A stretch of 62,527 nt of DNA from Octopus bimaculoides (taxonomy: Eukaryota). The stretch spans positions 147,339,339-147,401,865 of the forward strand of contig NC_068981.1 of NCBI RefSeq assembly GCF_001194135.2, in the 5' to 3' direction. Shown here in pieces: positions 1 to 11,959 of this stretch (position 1 is its first letter; every line of letters starts with the position of its first letter). Below the pieces are notes generated by a model. That model was not told the DNA's origin and ran no database searches. It worked only from the letters and a program-made list of their open reading frames with translations. The position numbers were made by a program, and so were the translations under genes.

Positions 1-263
1 AGATCTCAATATTATCGAACATTTATGATGCATTTTAGAAAAACAAGTAAGGAGTCAATATCATCCACCATCATCACTACAAGAACTGGAGACCGTTTTA
101 GCTGAAGAATGGACAAAAATTCCTTTGGAAACAATTCAAACTTTGTACGAATCCATACCTTGTAGAATTCAATCTGTAATTAGTGCCAAAGGCGGTCCTA
201 CCACATATTAAAATATATTTGTTTGAAATTTTAAGGTGTTTCTATTATTTTGTCCAACCCCTG
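1..263 (+). mobile_element. 3' end of a Tc1-type transposon (defective transposase C-terminus and right TIR)
   Basis: Frame 2..211 reads DLNIIEHL*CILEKQVRSQYHPPSSLQELETVLAEEWTKIPLETIQTLYESIPCRIQSVISAKGGPTTY*. This has the Tc1 DLNxIExxW and GGxTxY motifs, with W mutated to stop. The end GGTGTTTCTATTATTTTGTCCAACCCCTG (reverse complement starts CAG) is followed by TA at 264-265. Confidence 0.88.
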
Positions 264-961
264 TATAGAGTTACCAACATTAAGACTGTCCATGATTTTC
301 AGTTAATTTGAAAATGATTAACAATTTGGCAGAATTTATTAAATTTACTTTCATAATTAAATTGCTGTTTGGAGCATGATAAAAGACTTACATAATTTTT
401 TAAAAATCTTTTAGTCAGTTAGAAAGGCAGTTCCCATGGCTTTTTACAGGGTCTTTGAGATTGGTGGGAGGGAGGGTGATATTCTTAAACTGGAGACTTG
501 GTCTAAATGCTTCCAACAGAGTGGTCTCCACTAAACCCACTCAAGGTGGTTAGGTGGTAGTGTTGTTAAACCAGGTGATGGATTAAGTCTTAAGTCTATT
601 GTGTAAGTAAGCCATGGCATGATTTGAACTTAGAACACAAAGAAAAAGAACAAATACCACCAAACATGTGGTCTGATACAACTACAATTTGACCAACCTG
701 TTATCCTAGATTGATACAATTTTATTCCCCCTGACATGACAAAAAGGTGAAGTTGAACTTGGAGCTCAGTGGGCTGGAACAAACACCACAGGTATTACTA
801 GCTGATATTCTAACAGCTCTGACAACCTGTCTATAAATCATAATAGGCTTTCATTTACAAATGAACATCTGATTCCCCTCGCTGACCACTCAGATTTTAC
901 TTAAATTAAAAAAAAGAAAAGAAGTTTTCTTCGTTAAGATGTATTTTCTACAAGGTAGCTT

Positions 962-1328
962 TCTATCTTTTCATTTATTTCAGTTATTGAACTGTGACCA
1001 TTCTGGGGCATCACTTTGAAGGGTTTTACTATAATAAATCAACTGTAGTACTTATTTTTAAAGTCTCATACTTATTCTATTGGTCCCTTTTTTCTAAAGT
1101 TACAACGATGTAAACAAACCAACACCAGTTGCCAAGTAGTGGCTGCAAAATAAACATAGGAACAGATACACGCACAAATGGATATATACGATGGGCTTTC
1201 ACACAGTTTCTGTCTACCAAATCCACTCACAAAGCATTGGTCAACTCAGGGTTATAGTAGAAGGCACTTGCTGAAGGTGCTGTGCAGTGGGAGTGAACCG
1301 GAAACCATGTGGTTGCAAAACAAGCCAC
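962..1328 (-). mobile_element. SINE family A copy
   Basis: Shares TTTCTGTCTACCAAATCCACTCACAAAGC, GAAACCATGTGGTTG and the TTTCAGT 3' block with 52981-53390. Confidence 0.75.
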
Positions 1329-3179
1329 AATTATCTATTTACAGGATTCCTATTTATTGATTTCTCAGCAAGTTTTAGGATTGAAATAAAACAAGCTTTA
1401 TAAGATTAAATATGTATCACCACTGCTTCAAAACTTAAATTGAAAAAAATTACTTCTGGTAGCATAAGATTGTTACTGATTCATCTTCTTTTAGCTTGTA
1501 GCTGTATGAATATGCTACAGAAATCTTTTGTTTGCACCACTGGTGTGTAGTGCATGCAATTAACATCAATATCCAAAATTAAACCAAGAAGAAAGTGGCT
1601 TGGATCAATACGACAGCCTGAGAAGCAGCCAAAGTCTATTGAATCAAACTGGTTTTTATTTTACTAAGGTATTTGATATTTTCATACACAAACCAACTTG
1701 GAACTTGCTTCTAATGAATCATTTGCTACTAAATTAGGTTATTAGTATTTTTAAAAAATGCTAGAAAAATTGATCCTCATTCAAAGATAACTTAGACTGT
1801 TTTAACAGAAGAAAGATTGGATTCTCTAAAACTGAAACTCAAATTATCAGACTGATGATAATAAGAAATGATTATATAGTAATGCTCAGCAATGAATTAA
1901 CCATGAAATGCTTAAACACACAGGAGCTGGCATGAAGGCGTATGTCCCACATTGGCCTAAGAACTGAATAAATTCAACACCAGTCAGGATTTAGCTTATC
2001 TAAGAAACATTTAATTATAATAGATACTGTTTTTTTTTCTCTTCCCATGATTAAGTGTTCCTTGAATAAGAACTCTGTCAAAAAACTTCGGGAAAATATT
2101 TATTGCCAGTAGCTTCCATGTGGCAAATTAGATTTTAATATTTTGCATACATACACACTACAACTTTGCTCTGCTTTCTCTCTCTCACACATACATGTAC
2201 ACATGTTCATGTACACACACACACACACACAAACAAGTAAACCTTCAAGCTGCAGTCTCTTAAAGTGTCAGTCATCAAAATATCAGAACTCTCATAAACA
2301 TTGTAGAAATTCCTTCATAGAGAAAGAGGAATGTTTGGAGAAAAACTTTACACTATACTGAGAGTTTGATATAAATATTTAGATACCACGTAAGTTTTCC
2401 CATTGCTTGTATTTTATTTGATAGACTAGTAGATCTGCAATGCAACAACTCTTAGCATAAATCTTAATCTTGCACTCCAAGAAGGTCTGACCTAACTTAC
2501 CCTCAAGTAATTCAGGTTTTTTTATTATTTATTTTTAACTCAACAATCATCTAATCTCCATCACACAATTTTATTAGCCAAGTTGTAATTCTGCATACAT
2601 TGGCCAGTGTTTTTGAATACAAACTGCTTTATCAAATTACTAATAGCTTTTCTATTAAGTTGAAACCTAATGAGTAATGTTCAACAAATTCCTCTCCATT
2701 TGTTGCCACCTTCCAGTATACAGTGCTCTGAGTTCAAATCATACCAAGGTCAACTTTGCAGTAATCTTTTTAAGATGATAAATAAACTACTAGTGCAAGG
2801 TGTTGGATTGGCAGAATTACTTGTGTTAGATATGGTGCCTTGTGGTATCTATTCTGACTGTCCTTCTTTAGTTCCTACCATAAACCACCATTTTAGTGAA
2901 GTAACCTCTTTCCAAGCGAACTAACAAGAGCCAAAGGTTAAAAAAAAGAAACAAGAAAAACACAGTTTGTGTCCTTATTGAGTAGAGACAATCTAAGAGC
3001 ACAAAGAGCTCAATAGATAAAGCTATACAACATTGCAGATTACTTGAAATAGCAAGGCTCTACATAACTGACTGCAACAAACAAATTCTTTCTCAGATTA
3101 TGTCTTACACCTTAAAAAAAAAAGGAGGGGGGGCATTGGCTAGTGTAGCCCTAAATACACTACACACACACACATATAT

Positions 3180-3266
3180 ATATAAAAAGGACAGGATGGC
3201 CATAGTTCTCCTCAATCTCGGCTAAACAGCAATCTGAAAGTGCATGGTCTTTTTGCNNNNNNNNNN

Positions 3267-3305
<39 letters not shown>

Positions 3306-3377
3306 AAAAGGACAGGATGGCCATAGTTCTCCTCAATCTCGGCTAAACAGCAATCTGAAAGTGCATGGTCTTTTTGC
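3180..3377. other. About 77-bp sequence duplicated exactly on both sides of a small N gap (probable contig-overlap artefact)
   Basis: TATAAAAAGGACAGGATGGCC...GCATGGTCTTTTTGC occurs at about 3180-3256 and 3301-3377, with Ns at 3257-3266 and a (TA)n tract in between. Confidence 0.8.
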
Positions 3378-3822
3378 ATAGAGATAAGCCTATTCTTGAA
3401 CAATTCCCTAAGTAGTCCCCACATGAATTAAACTAACTCTAGTTTTACCAAAGTGAATTACTGCTGGAAGCAATGGTGTATTTACTTCTAGTAATCTGAT
3501 AGTTAATGATCTTGGGGTATTCATCCATACCTAACTTTCTTATTATTCACTAAAGTACAGAACTGGAGAGTGTAAATAGTCTATGCACTTGTTTGACCAT
3601 TTTGAAACTGCAAATTCTCATCAAATCAAAACTTACCATCTTAAAAAAGAATTTTTCAAATGAGATACTGTTTGTCTGAGAGAATGAATTTCTAATGTGA
3701 ATGTCTGCTTGTGTGAGTTTCTATTTCAGATAAAGAAGTGTCTGTAATTTGATAGACTTTATTTAAAGAGCACTGAATTTTCACTGATGTTAAGCATCCT
3801 TTGCCAAAAGATATAAGCATAT

Positions 3823-3869
<47 letters not shown>

Positions 3870-4489
3870 TATGTATAAATATATACACATCCTTTATATG
3901 AAGGGTTATATGGTGCACTTATTTACAAAATTGTCTCAGAAAAACAATTTGCCTCTTATAGAAACAAGGTCAGGGCTATTGGCAAGTTGTAGCTCAAGAA
4001 TGAGCCTGCCAAAAATTAAAGTGTGCCTTATAAGCTTGTGCACTTTGTAAAGCATCAAATGTGGTACGAACACACACACAGACCTCATTATTTCATATCC
4101 ATTTTTTCACATGTGTGTGTGTGTGTGTACATGACATACAATCACACAATTGTCATCGACCAAAAATTCACTCACAAGATATTGGTCAAGGCAAGAGTAA
4201 AGTAGAGGACACTTTCCCAAAGTACCACACAGTGAGATTGAACCCACAAGATGTAGTAGCTAAGTAAGCTAAACTTGCACCCTTATGATCACAGGTCTGC
4301 ATAACCAAGGCTAACACGGGGGGAATAAACAACAACTCAATTAAATCCTAAAATTTGCTATAAATGTCACACCTCACAGTCTTATCATTCACAACAACAA
4401 ATGTAAAACAATGCAAAATTCACAGCCTGAAAGACTAAAAATCCCCTTCAACTTTCATCAAATGTTCTATCTCTTCAAAGCACAAGTGT

Positions 4490-4960
4490 GATCCCTGTTA
4501 GAGTACTGCCCCTCACGTGGCATGTATGATACTCAGCTACTTTGACACACACATCCTAGACCCATTTCCAGATTGCTAGCTTTTTCACTCACCAGCATGC
4601 TACATAACATGATACTGCCTCTTTTACTCCACCACTACGATAGCAACTTACACATCACCTTCATTGAAGTTTGCTTGATGTATTCACCTCTTCTATACTT
4701 ACTGTTATCTAGTCTTAAAAATTCACACTCTACTCCACTCACTATATTCTCACTCTCCAGAACTACACTACACTTGAGTGAATGTCTGCCTAGGTATTCT
4801 CACAAGTGTAGTGCAATTACGGCTGCATAGGTGCACTATTCAGTTCATATGTTCCCTACAGGTATCATCACCTTATGCACATAGGTGAGTTGCAGGAGCC
4901 TCTACATCTTCACTAGACCTAGAAATACCTGTTGAATCTCCCTAAATCATAACCTATTAC
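4490..4960 (+). mobile_element. Decayed LINE 3' fragment, probably the same family as 11960-12430
   Basis: PLLEYC-like motif near 4495, and CACACATCCTAGAC resembles CATACAACATCCTAGAC at about 12020. Heavily mutated. Confidence 0.4.
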
Positions 4961-4994
4961 TGTCTTAAAAAAAGGAAGGGCACATTGGATAATC

Positions 4995-5212
4995 CTTTCT
5001 ACTATAGGCACAAGGCCTGAAATTTTGAGGGAGGGCACCAGTCAATTAGACTGACCCAGTATGCAACTGGTACTTTATTTATCAATCTCGAAAGGATGAA
5101 AGGCAAAGGTAACCTCAGTGGAATTTGAACTCAGAACGTAGCAGCAGACAAAATACCACTAAGCATTTCACCCAGTGTGTAAATGATTCTGCCAGCTCGC
5201 CGTCTTAATAAC
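4995..5212 (-). mobile_element. SINE family B (Meta-domain-like core)
   Basis: Plus-strand AACTGGTACTTTATTTATCAATCTCGAAAGGATGAAAGGCAAAG...GAATTTGAACTCAGAAC...GATTCTGCCAGCTCGCC. Its reverse complement has a tRNA-like head and the GCCTTTCATCCTTTCG core. Confidence 0.8.
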
Positions 5213-5750
5213 AACAACAATAACAATAACAATAACTTTTTCATTTATTGCAAGATAGTCAGAAATTTTAGGAGATAAAATTACTTGTTTTTCCATTTCT
5301 TCTGGCATGCATTTGTTGAAAATTTCTGGGTACAAATGTATAAATTGAAATGCAAAAGAATGAAATAATAAATTGATTTATGAATAAAAGTTTGGTAATT
5401 GCATTTATTTCCACCACGCGACACTTATTATTGCAAGTATGTTTTAACTAACCTATACTATAACACACACCCAAATACATTCATATATATATATGTCTTG
5501 AGTTGTAGTCTTTTCACTTTCATGCGAGTTCCATTCCATAAGCCTTGTCATATTCTGTGTGAGGCTGAATCTCCCTGAGAACTACGTTAATGTTATTCAT
5601 GTCTGTGGAGTACTCAGCCATTTGTGAGTTAATTTTATTCTCGTGTGGTAATGAAAAGTGAAACTGACAGCCAATATTTGCTGTGTCTATGTATGAACTG
5701 TCTCTCTCACTTCCTTTGTGTTCCTCTTCTCTCCCACTTTTGATTTAACA

Positions 5751-5782
<32 letters not shown>

Positions 5783-6074
5783 CTATGTATCTACTTCTCT
5801 TGTGATGTGATAAACATTTAAAAACACAAAATGGACGCTGTAACCACTCACTGTCTTTTTCACTCCTTTTCTCTTTTATTTCCTCTCTGAAGCATTTAAA
5901 AACACAAAACAAACGCCGTCAGCACTCACTGTCTCTTTCACTCTCTCGCTTACTTCCTATCTGTCCTCCTCTCTTTCGCTTTGCCACTTCTTTGATAAGT
6001 GTGACACACACAACAGGTACGTACAAAAACAAAAAGTTAGCATATTAATATTATTGATAATAATAATAATAACA

Positions 6075-6240
6075 TCAAAAAATACCTTAGGAATGAGAAC
6101 CTAGGTTCGAAATTTCCCCAAGACACCTGATGAAGGCTGGAGGGTATATCAGCCAAAACATGTAAACAACAAACAAGATGAGGACAAATATCCACCAAAT
6201 GTAAGTAATGTACATAATTCCTCATCCCTTAAATATAGAA
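6075..6240 (+). mobile_element. Penelope-like pLTR fragment with a degenerate hammerhead ribozyme core
   Basis: CTGATGA (6127-6133), then A, GGCTG/CAGCC stem (6135-6154), then AAAACATGTA where GAAA is expected. Preceded by an (AAT)n microsatellite. Confidence 0.5.
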
Positions 6241-6709
6241 CTGAACAACCTTTAAGACATCTAAACTAAACAATAGTTGAATCAACTTCATGAGTTAGGA
6301 TTCAGTGATAGAGCTTCTACATGGTCTCAACCTGCTAGAAATAGCAGCAAAATCTCCCCTCAAAACACATTACTGTCTTAAAATAAAGAAAAGACATGTT
6401 AGATAATGTGATCTCAGACACTCCCAAAACAGTTGAATAGCCATGACTGGATTGCCTTTGATAATAAATCTACTTAATCAGGGATCACCTGGTGCCTCAT
6501 TACTGTAAGTGGCCAGCAAAGGCCATGAGTGCTGCTCCTGCCAATGACATACAACTGAGCTTTAGTTGTATGAGTCTTTCAAATCCTACATTATCATAGA
6601 AATATTAATAAGGCTTCATGTTGAAAACAACTCAATGAAAATTTACACCAAGCTTTATGTATTTTCATATTAACAAAAATATGCAGTGTAGGTAAAAGTC
6701 ATTTATACA

Positions 6710-6880
6710 CATACACACAGACAGACACTCATAAAGTCAAGCAGACAGACACTTAAACAGTCAGACAGACAGAGACAGTCAGGCAGACAAACACATACAG
6801 TCAGCCAGACAGACACTCAGTCAGGTAGATAGACAACCACTCACTCACACGCTGACTCATTCATTCACTCACAGATGCAT
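6710..6880. repeat. Degenerate (CAGA)n/(CAGT) low-complexity tract followed by (CACT)n
   Basis: Repeated CAGTCAGxCAGACA motifs immediately downstream (minus strand) of the ZMYND19 exon at 6976-7039. Confidence 0.7.
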
Positions 6881-6975
6881 ATTCTCACTCACTTTCACAG
6901 TAGACAGGATATAAACAAGATACAGTAAGGAAGAGAATAATTGTATTAACTTACAGTTCATATGGTGACCCTTAC

Positions 6976-7039
6976 CTTCATCTTCAACAATCTCACCATT
7001 AGAGTTATAATATTTGCTATAAATGGGTTCAGGAAAATG
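6976..7039 (-). CDS. ZMYND19: ZMYND19 internal coding exon, 64 bp, HFPEPIYSKYYNSNGEIVEDE(+1 nt)
   Basis: Acceptor gtttctacttgcag|CAT and donor GAAG|gtaagg. Its phase-0 start joins the previous exon. Aligns with human [21 protein letters not shown]. Confidence 0.88.
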
Positions 7040-7509
7040 CTGCAAGTAGAAACAAAGGAAATGATAAGTACCCGTGCCTAGGAATGGACTGCAGGTTTGG
7101 GGTAATGCAATAACCTGTCTGGTGAGACTCGGGCTATTAAAGCATCCAGCAAAATCAATGGTTCTATATTTTACTGAATTAATCTTATTGAATATTTATT
7201 GAAGCTCAACACTGAAGGAGAAAATACTGAAGAAATAATTCTGATACTAATGAAATAGTAAATGCATGATTATTTTCTGATGATGCTTGTTGGTTGTAAA
7301 GTAAAATTGGGAAGTTGACTGGCTGGAAATATCAGCCAAATCTCAAATCACACCCTATTATTTAAAGAAGTGGACACATTGGATAATGTAGTCCTGACCC
7401 CCGCCCTTGAAAATAGATTGTCAAAACTGGAATATAATTAATCAGAGGTTTGGTGGATCAGTGATAATCTTATATTGAACAATGACACTAAGAGAGATAC
7501 TTTTTTTTT

Positions 7510-7730
7510 TCCGCCGTTTTAAAGCCTAGCCAGGCTCAAGCAGTGGTGGAAGACAAACACGCTCACACACACATAAATACAAGCTTCCATAGTTACCATT
7601 TGCCAAATTCATTCAGGATAAATTAGTCGGCCAAGGGCTATAATAGAAGACATTTACTCAAGGTGCCATGCAGTGAGACTGAACCCAAAACCATGTGGCT
7701 GCAAAGTAAGCTTCTTAACCACCACAGCCC
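7510..7730 (-). mobile_element. SINE family A 5' half
   Basis: CAAGGTGCCATGCAGTGAGACTGAACCCAAAACCATGTGGCTG matches the family A head. Confidence 0.7.
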
Positions 7731-9842
7731 AATATTGTTCAGGCAGTTTCCAAATGTAACAAGGAAATAAGTATATAAATCAAATGAAAACAGTTGAGGA
7801 TGAACAGAAAAGTGTTTATAAGTTTGAAAATCTAACTTAAGCCAACGTATTAATCTCAAGCAGGAAGTGAGAATACACAGAAGAGAAATATAAATTTGCA
7901 GAGGCTAGCTATACTTATTGTCATGTGGGACTCTATTAATAATATAAGCAACAATCCTCTATAATTATCTGTCACCCCACTTTATAGTTTATTTAAGCTC
8001 ATCTTAGTAGGAAATTGAAGTAAATCTTACAGTAGCTAGTTATTTTACTTGGCTCTGAAATACATGGAATTATAGAAAAGCACTAATAACTAATTGACTG
8101 CTTCTTGAGTCATCGATTCTTTTTCTTCTAATAATATATTTTGTTTTACAGGTTGGATTTAGGTGTTTATAGTATTTGGTCAGATTGCTAATTATTAACA
8201 ATTTTGTCAAACTAATAATTTAGCACACTGCTCACGAAAAGCTGAATATCTAAATATATATAAATATAAAATATATAGTATAGTATAAAGAAAAAATTGA
8301 ATCTGAGGAAAGTTATGGTTTTGCTATGAAAAATAGTAATTGGGGATAATTAAGGATTCTTTATAACATATGCAATGACATTATTCACGTCAGAATTAGT
8401 AAAACAGAAAATTTATCACCTTTGCTATAAAGTCATAACCAACTGCCATTGCAAATACATTTGAAAATTCGTTTTTAACATTGTTAGAGTTGGACAACTG
8501 GTTTAGCATATAAAGATAGAATGATGTTCAATGTGCAGCATGGTAGTGACCTTAAAAACTAGGAGATTAAGAATACTAAAATAGAATCAAAATACTTTCC
8601 CAGACTCTTTCAGTTTGATAATAAATAACATTTCAAAAATCCTTCTGCTTTTATTCAAATAAAAGCAAAACACAAAGCAGCTGGCTTTTATGTTTGAGAA
8701 GGTAATACGTTGACTCAAAAAAAAACAACAAAACACTAATAGACTGCATTAAAAACAATTTTAAAGTTAAGTTACTTTATAAATTTAAGCAAACAGACCC
8801 AATATCCCAAGTTAATACTTTTAATAGAGTTGATATAAATTGCAGGTTACAGTGGTAATTTTAGTGAAGAAAGAGTGCTGTGCACTTACGACTAACTTGC
8901 ATCAGAGCACTGATTGATTAAAAGAGGACATCATGTAAAGTTTAAGAGTTTAAAGCAATGTTTTCATTTTGGTTATTGGAACAAATACATTGAAATTTTC
9001 ATCAAAAGCAGAAGTGCAGTAATCTCAGCAAGATTACAAAATTGTTATTTTTTTGGCTTAGAATCTTAGAGATAATGATTTTGAAAACTTTTAAAATAAG
9101 CAAAATCTGATGTAGCAATAGATTAACATCCTTTAGAAATACACAGATTCGAGTCAAACACAATAGGAGTTAATGATGTAAAAACACTTTGAAATAGGAC
9201 TAGGAGAATTTTTTTTTTTTTTGACAATTTGTTTATTCAGATTTATATCAATCACTGTAAGCTAACAACTAATTATTCACCAAATGTTAACTTCTGCAAA
9301 GCTATTAGCACAAAGTATATTTATCAAACTCCCACTGCTTCTATTTTCGATGTTAATATCCCAAGAGATAAACTGAACCGCTTTATAACAAAGTGACAAA
9401 GTGGTTCATTTTATAACCTGCTCAAAACAAGTTCTATGTTTCTAATGAGACAGTTACATGAAAATTATTTGCGTATCTTTTTGTCTAAACGACAACATAA
9501 TATCAAAGAGAAAATAATTCTTTAAATTAGTATGTCATAAATCCTATTCATCCATTTATCTAAGTAAGCTTGCTCAGACATGACCTCAACAATAATTACT
9601 TAACCAAATTTAAATACTCTCACCCTTATACTATAGCTGCTTCTTTCAAATATCCTTTCTGCTAAAGCTCTCATATATAACCTACTGACTCACCTCTTTT
9701 ATGCTGTTTGTCATAAATATTGAACTGAACAAATATTTATTGCTGCTAATAAAGCTTTACACATTTCAAGGACCATTAGTATATTAGCAGGATATTTACA
9801 CACATTAGAAAAGGAAAAAAAAAAAAAAAAAAAAAAAATTAC

Positions 9843-10047
9843 CTCTTCAATAGGATCATGTTGAAGTTGCTGTACAGCAATCCAATAGAGTGACTGTTCT
9901 CGGTTGGCTTTATTGGACGGCTCATCCAGTGGGTATGTTGAACTGGATTCCATGACTAGGGCCAAATTATCCAACCGGTTATCTACAGTGACACCATTTT
10001 TATGGATTACTTTCCAAAGTGGAGCAATCCCACCGCAATGTTTTTCC
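9843..10047 (-). CDS. ZMYND19: ZMYND19 internal coding exon, 205 bp, (W)EKHCGGIAPLWKVIHKNGVTVDNRLDNLALVMESSSTYPLDEPSNKANREQSLYWIAVQQLQHDPIEE
   Basis: Acceptor ttgctttccag|G and donor GAG|gtaatt. 1 + 68x3 nt. Matches ZMYND19 motifs VTVDNRLDNL and REQSLYWxAxQQLxxDPIEE. Lies inside ORF-track entry 9711..10091, whose ends are intronic read-through. Confidence 0.93.
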
Positions 10048-10499
10048 CTGGAAAGCAAGTAAATTTTAAAAATAAAACAATTACCAAACACACACTGAAA
10101 TTCCTTATCTAATTACAATAATAACCATCTAAATTTTACTTCCAATTTACAATTCACGAAGTGTTTATCTAACGCTATTTTTTTCTCTGCTATTTTTTCC
10201 ACAAGATTTTATATAATCCAATTATTTTAGGTGTATATGGAAATGGCTTCTAAACTACTGAGTTTAAGTAATACAATTTATAACACTCTAAAGAAACTGC
10301 AGATAAAAGTTTACAATAATCTTAACATAAAATGAAACCCTTCTCTTACAAGTTTTTTAGGCAAACAATACAAATCCCCATTAATAAACAGAAATGTTAT
10401 TGAAAAACAAAATTGACTTAAAGACTGGAGATGTCAAGCTACAAACACACTATCACCATGAAGTTTTGGTATTTATTTTTCACACATAGTATGACCTAG

Positions 10500-11439
10500 C
10501 ACGATTAAAATAATGAAATTATTGTATACAGTGCTCAGGTGCATTACAACTTGTTAAAAGTACGTATGAAGCATATGCAGTATTGTACAAATGTTTGGAA
10601 AGTGAACAGTGTATGAGTCAGATACATGCTTGCATGTGTATGGAGGGAAGAAAATCAGGTGTAGCGTTGGTGAATCTCAGGAAGCATGGAAGTTTTGAAG
10701 GATGCAGTGCTCCGACAACTAACAACTGATGCTGGCAGTTTGTTCCATACTTCAGCAACTCTTAGCATAAAAAAGTGTTTCCGAAAGTCATGGGAGCTGT
10801 GCTGTTTTCTGACTTTGTAAACATGTCCACGGGTGTTAGACAGGTGGAGTTTGAAAAGGTGCTCAGAGTTATTGTTAGTAAGATGGTTAATAATTTTATG
10901 GGCGTCTGCCAAGTCAGCTGCTAGACGTCGGAGTNNNNNNNNNNNNNNNNNNNNNNNNNNNNNNNNNNNNNNNNNNNNNNNNNNNNNNNNNNNNNNNNNN
11001 NNNNNNNNNNNNNNNNNNNNNNNNNNNNNNNNNNNNNNNNNNNNNNNNNNNNNNNNNGTATCCATACCCAGGGAAGTAAGGGATTCAGAGTATGGCAAAT
11101 GCCTGATGGAGGGTATTCTCTTGGTTGCACGTCGCTGAACGGTTTCCAGACAATTAATATCCTGGGCAAGATAGGGGTTCCAGACCGGAGACGCAAATTC
11201 CAGGTGAGGCCGCACCATAGCCTCAGATAGATAGCCGGAGAGTGGCTCACAAAGGACTTGGTAAGTGATGCCAAGACATCCTCAGCCTTCTTGGCAATTT
11301 TAGCAATGTGTTTTGTCCAACACAGATTGCTGTCGACAATAATGCCCCGGTCATGTTCACAAGACTTTTTGAGATTAGTGTTGTGGAGGGAGTAAGTAGA
11401 CATTGGATTTTTCCTCCCAAAATGCATGGTGGTACATTT
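10500..11439 (-). mobile_element. 5'-truncated CR1-group LINE (RT C-terminus plus 3' UTR), containing an N gap
   Basis: KCTTMHFGRKNP, GIIVDSNL, MVRPHLEFASPVWNPYLAQDINCLETVQRRATKRI, TRGH and RVAEVWNKLP are typical CR1-clade RT tail motifs. There is a frameshift near 11220. The 3' UTR runs to a short (ATT)-type tail near 10500. Confidence 0.85.
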
Positions 11440-11959
11440 TTTTTTCAGTCATTTGACTGTGGCCATGCTGGAGCATCACCTTAAAGGGTTTTAGTTGAAG
11501 AAATCAACCCCAGATATTTAAGAAACTTTTTCAACTTATTTAATGTGAATAAAATATGAGAAAGAAAAAAAAAACCCAGTTTTTGTAGAGCAAAAACCAA
11601 GGTGGATTAATGAATGCATAAAAGTTGCATTGAAAATGAAGATTTTATTAAACGATGATGATGTTAACCATTTGAAGTATCTATTATAGATTATGAACTA
11701 TCTTATTTCAGTGTAACTCACATTAGTAAGACTTTTGTAGCTGCTTTTAGCTTTTGTTTGTGAAATTTACCAAAATGTTAGCCTTTTTGATACTAACTCA
11801 CACAAGATTGCTCTTGGTTCTATGGCTCAAACAATCAACTTAGTTGCATTCTTCATTCTTTTCAAAATTAAGCAGAAGAAAAACTGCATATTTCAACAGA
11901 AATATGGTAACAATATGTTATTTCAGCCCCTATCACCCAATAACTAATAGGGTGTTGTC

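Noticed and set aside
3180-3377. Exact 77-bp direct repeat as a biological duplication or TSD
   Set aside because: It flanks an N gap and a (TA)n tract, the usual signature of unmerged contig overlap.
9711-10091. 126-aa ORF as a complete single-exon protein
   Set aside because: Only 9843-10047 is exonic; the MFGNCF start and the FFFFFFF tail are intron read-through past canonical splice sites.
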